From NCBI RefSeq assembly GCF_000143415.4, contig NW_003314401.1, positions 1 to 64,000 of the forward strand: DNA of 64,000 nucleotides. Direction: 5' to 3'. The notes below the pieces were generated by a model. The model was not told the origin of the DNA. It made no database searches and was given only the letters and a program-made list of their open reading frames with translations. Both the position numbers and the translations under genes were made by a program. The DNA comes from Selaginella moellendorffii (taxonomy: Eukaryota > Plantae > Lycopodiophyta). How positions within the stretch are numbered: position 1 is the stretch's first letter; every line of letters starts with the position of its first letter. Shown piece by piece: positions 57,638 to 64,000 of the stretch.

Positions 57638-60235
57638 ATGCTCACGAGCTTCCACGTTGCAGTTAGAAGATTCTCGAGTGGAATTAGGGCTTGCGAGCGT
57701 GACGAGCAGGATGCTCTTGCGCGGATCCTCCGAGATTGTGGGAATGCCAGGGATTTGGAGCGCGGGAGGAGAGCGCACAGCCAGATCTTGGGCATCGATC
57801 ACTGCAAGCGCAACAAATTCCTCGCCAACCTCCTGGTCCAGATGTATGGGAAGTGCGGCTGCGTGGAGGACGCAGCGGAGGTGTTTAGCGGCATCGATCA
57901 GCCCAACCAGTTCTCGTGGAACATCTACCTCCAGGCGTATGCCGAGAATGGGCATATTGATTCGGCAAGGAAGATCTTTCTCCAGATGGAAGAGCGCGAT
58001 TCCGTGTCTTGGAATTGCCTCACAGCGGCATTTGTGCAAGGCTCCCATCTCGAGGACGCGAAATCTTGCTTTGATCGCACTCCGCAGTGGAATGTTTTCT
58101 CGTGGAATGCGATGATCACAGCAATGGCCTTTCGAGGGCATTTGGAGGAAGCCAAGAACTTGTTTGATCTAGCAGGGCACCGAGACGGTGTTACATGGAA
58201 TGCCATTCTCACTGGATATGCCCGGCATGGGTACTGCGACCAAGCCAGTGATTTGTATAACAGGATGAATCACTGGGATTTAGTGTCCCAGACGACGATG
58301 ATCCAGGCATATGCCCAAACCGGGGATTTGGAGAACGCGAGGAGTGTCTTTAATTCTATGCCCGAGAGAGACGTGGTGACCTGGAATTATATAATGCAAG
58401 CTTACACACAAAACGGCTGCTTGAATGAATCCAAGGAATCCTTTGATCGAATGGCGAAATGGAACATTGTGTCGCTGAACACCATGATCCTGGCTTATGC
58501 CCAACAGGGAGATGTCGATCTTTTAAAAGAAGAATTCGCAAAATTTCCGGAGAAGAATGTGATTTCCTGGAACACCGCAATGGGAGCAATGGCGCAACAC
58601 AACCGTTTGCATGAAGCGAAGAACTTGTTTGATTTTATGCCGGTGAGAAACGTGGTCTCATGGAACACCTGGCTTGCAGCAAATGCCCAATCTGGAGATT
58701 GCAGCGAGGCGGGAAGAACATTCGATCTTATGCCACAGCACGACGTTGTAACGTGGACGGCGCTCGTCCACGTCTACTGCCACCTAGGATATCTCGACGA
58801 GGCAAGCGCCATGCTGGACAAGATGGCACGCACATGTGGCATCGTCGTCACGGCCGTGTGGAACTGCCTCATTGCTGGATATGCCCAGGCCGGGCAGATC
58901 GAGCAAGCATGGGAGATCTTTGGGGGATTGATCCAGAGGAACATTGTCTCTTGGACATCAGTGATCCAGGGATTTGCCGAGAGTGGGCATTTGGATCGAG
59001 CAAAGAGAGTGATCGAGATGATGCCAGAGCATGACGTTGTCACTTGGACTGCCTTGTGCCAGGGGTATGCCCAGGCCGGGTATGTGGGCCATTCGAGAAA
59101 AATCTTCCAAGAGACGGTGTCGCGGAACATCGTTACTTGGACGACGATGATCCAGGCGCATGCGCAGAGCGAGAGCTTGGATGATGCGAGAGAAGTTTTT
59201 GATCGAATGCCCGAGCACAATGCCGTGTGTTGGACTGCGATGATCGTCGCGCTCGCCCAGAATGGCTGCCGCGAGACTGCCCGATCGATGTTCTTGGAGA
59301 AGATGGAGGCGCTCGACGTGGTGTCCTGGAATGCGATGATCACAATGAGCGACAGTGTGGCGGGAGCGAAGGAGATGTTCGAGAGAATGCCGGCGAGGGA
59401 TGCTGGGAGCTGGAGCACGGTGACAGCGGCATTGGTTTCCAAAGGCGAGCTGGAGCAATCACTGATCGCGTTTGAGCGCGCTCCCAATCACAATCTCGCG
59501 TCTTGGGTTTCGCGGATCCACGCGCTCGCACAGATGCTGCGAATCGACGAGGCAAAGTCGGCGTTTGATCGCATCCCGGAGAGGAACCCCGCTGCTTGGA
59601 ACGCTCTTATCGATGCATTTGCTCTCAATGGCTTCTTGCGCGACGCGAGGAGGAGCTTCGATCTCATGCCTTGCCGCGACACGATCTCCTGGAACGCAAT
59701 CCTGGGCGCTTTCTCTCATCACGGTTTGGTGGATCGAGCGCTCGAGATCTTCGATTCCATGCCGCTGCGCGACGTAGTCTCCTGGAACTCCATCGTTGGC
59801 GGCTATGCCCACAATGGGCATTGCGGATTGGCGATGGAGTTCTTCCGTGCGATGGTCCAGGAGGGCTTCCAGCCCAGCGAGCTCGCGTTTGGGAGCATCT
59901 TGAGCGGATGCAACCACGCCGGTCTCGTCCGCGATGGATGCCAGCATTTCGTGGCGATGATCGCCGACTACCAGGTCGCGCCACTGCGAGAGCATTTTTG
60001 CTGCTTGATCGATCTCCTCGGCCGCGCCGGGGAGCTGGAAGAGGCCGAGGGGATGATCGCCCAGATGCCACACGCCCCCGATTCCATCGCCTGGGGAACG
60101 CTCCTGGCGGCGTGCCATATCCACCCCGATCTAGATCGCGCTGCGCGTACCGCCGATAGAATGTTTGAGCTCGATCCTCCCGGCGACGCTGGGCCCTTCG
60201 TGCTCCTCGCGAACATTGGAAGATCGTTTGAATGA
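57638..60235 (+). CDS. PLS-class PPR protein rich in short repeats (E-type end)
   Basis: Intronless, ~31-aa repeats, WGTLLAACHIH end. First ATG at 57638 (the ORF track starts at GTG 57575). Confidence 0.92.
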   Translation: MLTSFHVAVRRFSSGIRACERDEQDALARILRDCGNARDLERGRRAHSQILGIDHCKRNKFLANLLVQMYGKCGCVEDAAEVFSGIDQPNQFSWNIYLQAYAENGHIDSARKIFLQMEERDSVSWNCLTAAFVQGSHLEDAKSCFDRTPQWNVFSWNAMITAMAFRGHLEEAKNLFDLAGHRDGVTWNAILTGYARHGYCDQASDLYNRMNHWDLVSQTTMIQAYAQTGDLENARSVFNSMPERDVVTWNYIMQAYTQNGCLNESKESFDRMAKWNIVSLNTMILAYAQQGDVDLLKEEFAKFPEKNVISWNTAMGAMAQHNRLHEAKNLFDFMPVRNVVSWNTWLAANAQSGDCSEAGRTFDLMPQHDVVTWTALVHVYCHLGYLDEASAMLDKMARTCGIVVTAVWNCLIAGYAQAGQIEQAWEIFGGLIQRNIVSWTSVIQGFAESGHLDRAKRVIEMMPEHDVVTWTALCQGYAQAGYVGHSRKIFQETVSRNIVTWTTMIQAHAQSESLDDAREVFDRMPEHNAVCWTAMIVALAQNGCRETARSMFLEKMEALDVVSWNAMITMSDSVAGAKEMFERMPARDAGSWSTVTAALVSKGELEQSLIAFERAPNHNLASWVSRIHALAQMLRIDEAKSAFDRIPERNPAAWNALIDAFALNGFLRDARRSFDLMPCRDTISWNAILGAFSHHGLVDRALEIFDSMPLRDVVSWNSIVGGYAHNGHCGLAMEFFRAMVQEGFQPSELAFGSILSGCNHAGLVRDGCQHFVAMIADYQVAPLREHFCCLIDLLGRAGELEEAEGMIAQMPHAPDSIAWGTLLAACHIHPDLDRAARTADRMFELDPPGDAGPFVLLANIGRSFE

Positions 60236-60384
60236 GAGTTAAATTTAATTGGTGCTTGGCTAGGGTTAGGGCTTCTTCCAGCGATGGCAGGGCAGGGCAG
60301 GGCGCTTGTGCCGCTGGGCTAGGCGACGCCATCGGCAGCTCTTGACGATTGGAGCGGACTAGGGTGGAGCTAGGGTGGAGCGGC

Positions 60385-63300
60385 ATGGCTCAGCAGCAGC
60401 AGCAGCAGCAATCGTCTCGGTTGAACCGGCTGCTGACGCTCCTCGACAGTACGTGAATTCGTCCCTCTTTCGTACTTTTTCGCCGATCTCTTTGTGTTTG
60501 TGTGGAATTTCGCAGCTGGATCCACTTCCGCGACGAGGCTCACTGCTGCGAAGCAGATTGGCGAGATTGCGAAGCAGCACCCCACTGAATTGCAAGCTCT
60601 CCTGAAAAGAGTGTGTTTGTTTCTGCCTTTTCCATTCATGCGCGCTACAAACTTGGCTTTGTGACAGGTTGGGCACTTCCTCCGAAGCAAGAGCTGGGAA
60701 ACGCGTGTGGCCGCCGCTCATGCAATTGGATCCATCGCCGAGAATGTGAGTCATGTAACTGTGAGGGAGCTTGTCGCTAGAGCACAGAAGAACATCCAAA
60801 GGATGGGGTGCACCACTTTGAATCTAGAGAATGTCTTGACGGCTAGCGGCGAGAAGCAGCCATCGCCAGGCCTGGCGTTCAGTAGGTACATTTCTCCGAC
60901 ATAGTGTTTGCGCTGCGCCTAACGGTGGTTTTATCGCCAGGTTTGATGTTCACAAAGTTTTGGAGTCGGGCCGGCTATTGCTTGCATCCGGTGGTCAGGT
61001 TGGCATCTTGAGAAGTTTTTGTGTTGTTTAGTCCTTTGGCCGACGCTTTGTACATGCTAGGAATTTGATGTTTCGCTCGACAGTACAAAGACTTCAGTGG
61101 AAAGGCTGGCACACCAGAAGCAAAATTTGCGTCGCCGACTGGGTAAAAGCTTTACTTGTAACGTCTTTTGTCTTGCCGACTTACTATGTCTTTTGTTTTG
61201 GTCAGGACTAGACGACTTCGTCGATGTCAATGACATGATTCGTGACGAGGATCTCATGATGCAGAGAACACCAGTTGGCGATAGTAGCATTCACAATCAT
61301 GTGTACCAGCGGCAGGAAGTTCAACAATTGGTTGCCAACATGGTTCCGGGTGTCCTTCCAAGGACACTAAGTGCGAGAGAGAAGAACATGCTTAAACGCA
61401 AAGCTAAATTTTTTGTTAAAGATGGATCGAAGGAGGAAGCGGAGCTAGAAGAGCCTAGTAACAAGCGTCCTAAATCTGTTGTGAATGAGCAATCACAACA
61501 ACAAACTGATAAGGTATTCTATAGCGCTTCGTTGTTTGTAGCTAACCGGTGCTTTCGCAGCTCGTGTTAGATTCTGTGCTAGAGGAGGACGGTCAGGACA
61601 TTTTTGCCGACGGTCGCTGGCCATTTTCCCGCTTTGTGGAGGCTCTCATGCATGATATTTTCGATCCTGGTAATTTGTGTGTCTGCAATTTTGGGAGCGT
61701 CAATGACCATTGTGGTTTCTGTCATACGCAGTCTGGGAAATTCGCCATGGTAGTATCATGGCGCTTAGAGAAATATTAAGCTCACAAGCAGCTTCTGCTG
61801 CCGTAACTGCTCCTGAAACATCTTCAACATTTACAGCAAACAGAGTGGAGACCAAAGGCCAGGAGGCAGTTGTTGATACTAAATTGGAGCCTTCTCAGGA
61901 AACAAAGGTGGAGCAAAAGAACGAACTAGTTTCCGACGTTAAAAAGGAGGAACAGAAGGACGGAGACAAGATGGAGCTCGAGAAGAGTGATGCAGAGAGG
62001 ATGGAACTAGTTTTCGACGGGAAAAGCGAACCAGAGGAGATTGTATCTGACCAGCCGAAGACTGAGGAACAGGAAATGGAGAACACGAATGACCGGAAGG
62101 ATATTGCTGTCAAAGGGGAGCTAGATCTCAACCAAGACGTCCCAGAGGTCAAAGGGGTCGCCTCAACAGAGAATGACCCGAAAGCGGCATGTATCTCTAA
62201 AGAAGTGGCTGCTGCACAAGAAGCATGGCGAGCAAACTCGGAGTTTCTTCAAGATTGCACTATTCGGCTTATTTGTATCTTTTCTCTTGATCGGTAAGTC
62301 ATCGCGTGTATCTTTTTCTTTTTTCTTTTTTTATTTTGTTTTTTGGTTTTTAGATTTGGTGACTTTGTTTCGGACCAAGTGGTTGCGCCTGTGCGAGAAA
62401 CTTGTGCTCAAGTTCTGGGTGCGGTGCTCAAGCAAATGCATTCGCCGCTAGTTCATGAAACTTTCAGTATCCTTCTTCAGATGCAGGTAATCTCACGGTG
62501 CAACTCATACCTGAATTTTCATACTGATTTTGACAATGCTTGTCCGTATAAGCTATTTACAGCGGCGTTCAGAGTGGGAGGTCAGACATGGCAGTTTATT
62601 GGGCATCAAGTACCTGGTGGCAGTCCGACAGGTAGCCTTTGTTTTCTACGTTTTAAGTGTTTTCATAAGGGGTTTATTTATTTTGAAAGTTTTGTTGCTG
62701 CTACATGCAGGAAATGATAGGTGAACTTCTTCCTCGGGTTTTACCTGCCTGTATAGCTGGACTTGAAGATCCTGATGACGACGTGAGATCAGTTGCAGCA
62801 GACGCTTTGTTTCCAGCTGCCCGCGCAATTGTGACTCATGCGAGTCATCTGGTAAAAACTATCCTGATCTTGCTGTGGGATATTCTACTTGATCTGGATG
62901 ACTTGAGTCCTTCGACTAACAGGTTGGTCTAGTAAAAGATGTTTACGCTTGAGACTAATGTATTGTCTCTGCAGTGTAATGCATCTTCTGGCTGAGCTTT
63001 ATTCACAGCCTGAAGCGTTACTTCCACTGAATTCTACATCTTCGATTGACTTGAATGCGGACATGGCTCTGGACGAGCAACAACAGGATTTGGATGATTT
63101 ATCTGTCTTAGCCCCCCGGCTTTGGCCTTTTATGCGGCATAATATTTCATCCGTGAGATATGCTGCTATTCGAACTCTGGTACGTTCTTCGCAAGATTTC
63201 GTAATTGCTGGTATAACTTCTGTGTTAGGAGCAATTACTGGAGTCGGGATCGACATGTTGGGCTCTACGCATCCTTGACGATATGCTGCGCATGGTCTTT

Positions 63301-64000
63301 CAGAATTTGCTTATGGAATCAAACGAAGAAATTCTGCAGTGTTCTGGGCGCGTCTGGCGTCTATTGATTCAGGTAGTACTTTTGTTTGCTGATTATAAAT
63401 ATTACTATTGTTTAACATATGCTTGCAGTGTTCACATTCGCATTTGCAACCATCGACGCTATCCTTCTTTCCAACGTGGCTGAAGCTTGCCAGCACCGCG
63501 GCTGGTGCTTCTTTGGAAGCCTCGAATATGTTTTCGCCCACGTCTCTACCAAAAGGAAGCCGTTCTAAAGTGGTGGCTAAGCTAAGTGCATCTAAACTTA
63601 TAAGCCGAGGAGAGTCTCACTCGCATGGTCCAGAAGCCCAAAAACATTCTGACGTGGTTCCGAAAGTAGTTGTTGGTGCTGACGGAGAGAATTCTGCTGT
63701 ATATATGAGGATTGCCACTACATCTGCCTTGGGAGTTTTGGCTGGGAACGTACCTGGTTCAATGCTGGACCTTATATTTCAGGCTCTAAACCAAGCTTTA
63801 CATTCGCCCTCAGGTATCCAGAGACAGGTGTGTATAGTTTATTCAAGGTTTTGTCGATCACCTTTTATTAATCTTTATTTCACAGGTCGCATCCATGGTT
63901 CTTATATCATGCTTCAAGGAAGTAAGATCCTTTCCTGATGAGAAGAAGGCGCCGGTGATTTCTGCTTTTCGACCTTTAACATCATATTTACAAGTGCTCC
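60385..64000 (+). CDS. BTAF1: BTAF1/MOT1 TBP-associated SNF2 ATPase, 5' portion (runs out of window)
   Basis: [77 protein letters not shown] and [14 protein letters not shown] across short GT-AG introns. Confidence 0.95.

Overview
Eukaryotic plant nuclear DNA, most likely a Selaginella-type lycophyte. This is inferred from 45-60 bp introns, very short intergenic spacers and many intronless PLS-class PPR genes. 1-11 kb is decayed-transposon territory. It holds a complete, recent Ty3/gypsy chromovirus (1339-6938, minus strand, 387-bp LTRs, ATAAC target duplication). This element has a Tf1-type self-priming PBS, a G_GGA_AAC -1 frameshift with hairpin, and three inferred CAG>TAG nonsense codons. 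The same region has MULE and gypsy remnants and a decayed exon resembling a beta-class N6A/N4C DNA methyltransferase. About 9.5-47.4 kb is a ~16.4-kb-offset tandem duplication carrying an orphan 290-aa ORF, a modular repeat island, a GRDP1-like gene, a small secreted Cys-rich gene and a PPR gene. The two copies differ by deletions, two micro-inversions and a sharply bounded hyper-divergent island. The main novelty is a set of intronless signal-peptide genes with the 8-Cys spacing of fungal class I hydrophobins (39709-39972, 43520-43795, and a gap-interrupted copy at 23171), embedded among plant genes. 47-64 kb is a dense housekeeping block: complex I 21-kDa subunit, leaf FNR, cold-shock protein, three PPRs, HCF106/TatB, an atypical ferredoxin and the 5' part of BTAF1/MOT1. 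All calls were made by eye, with no database searches.
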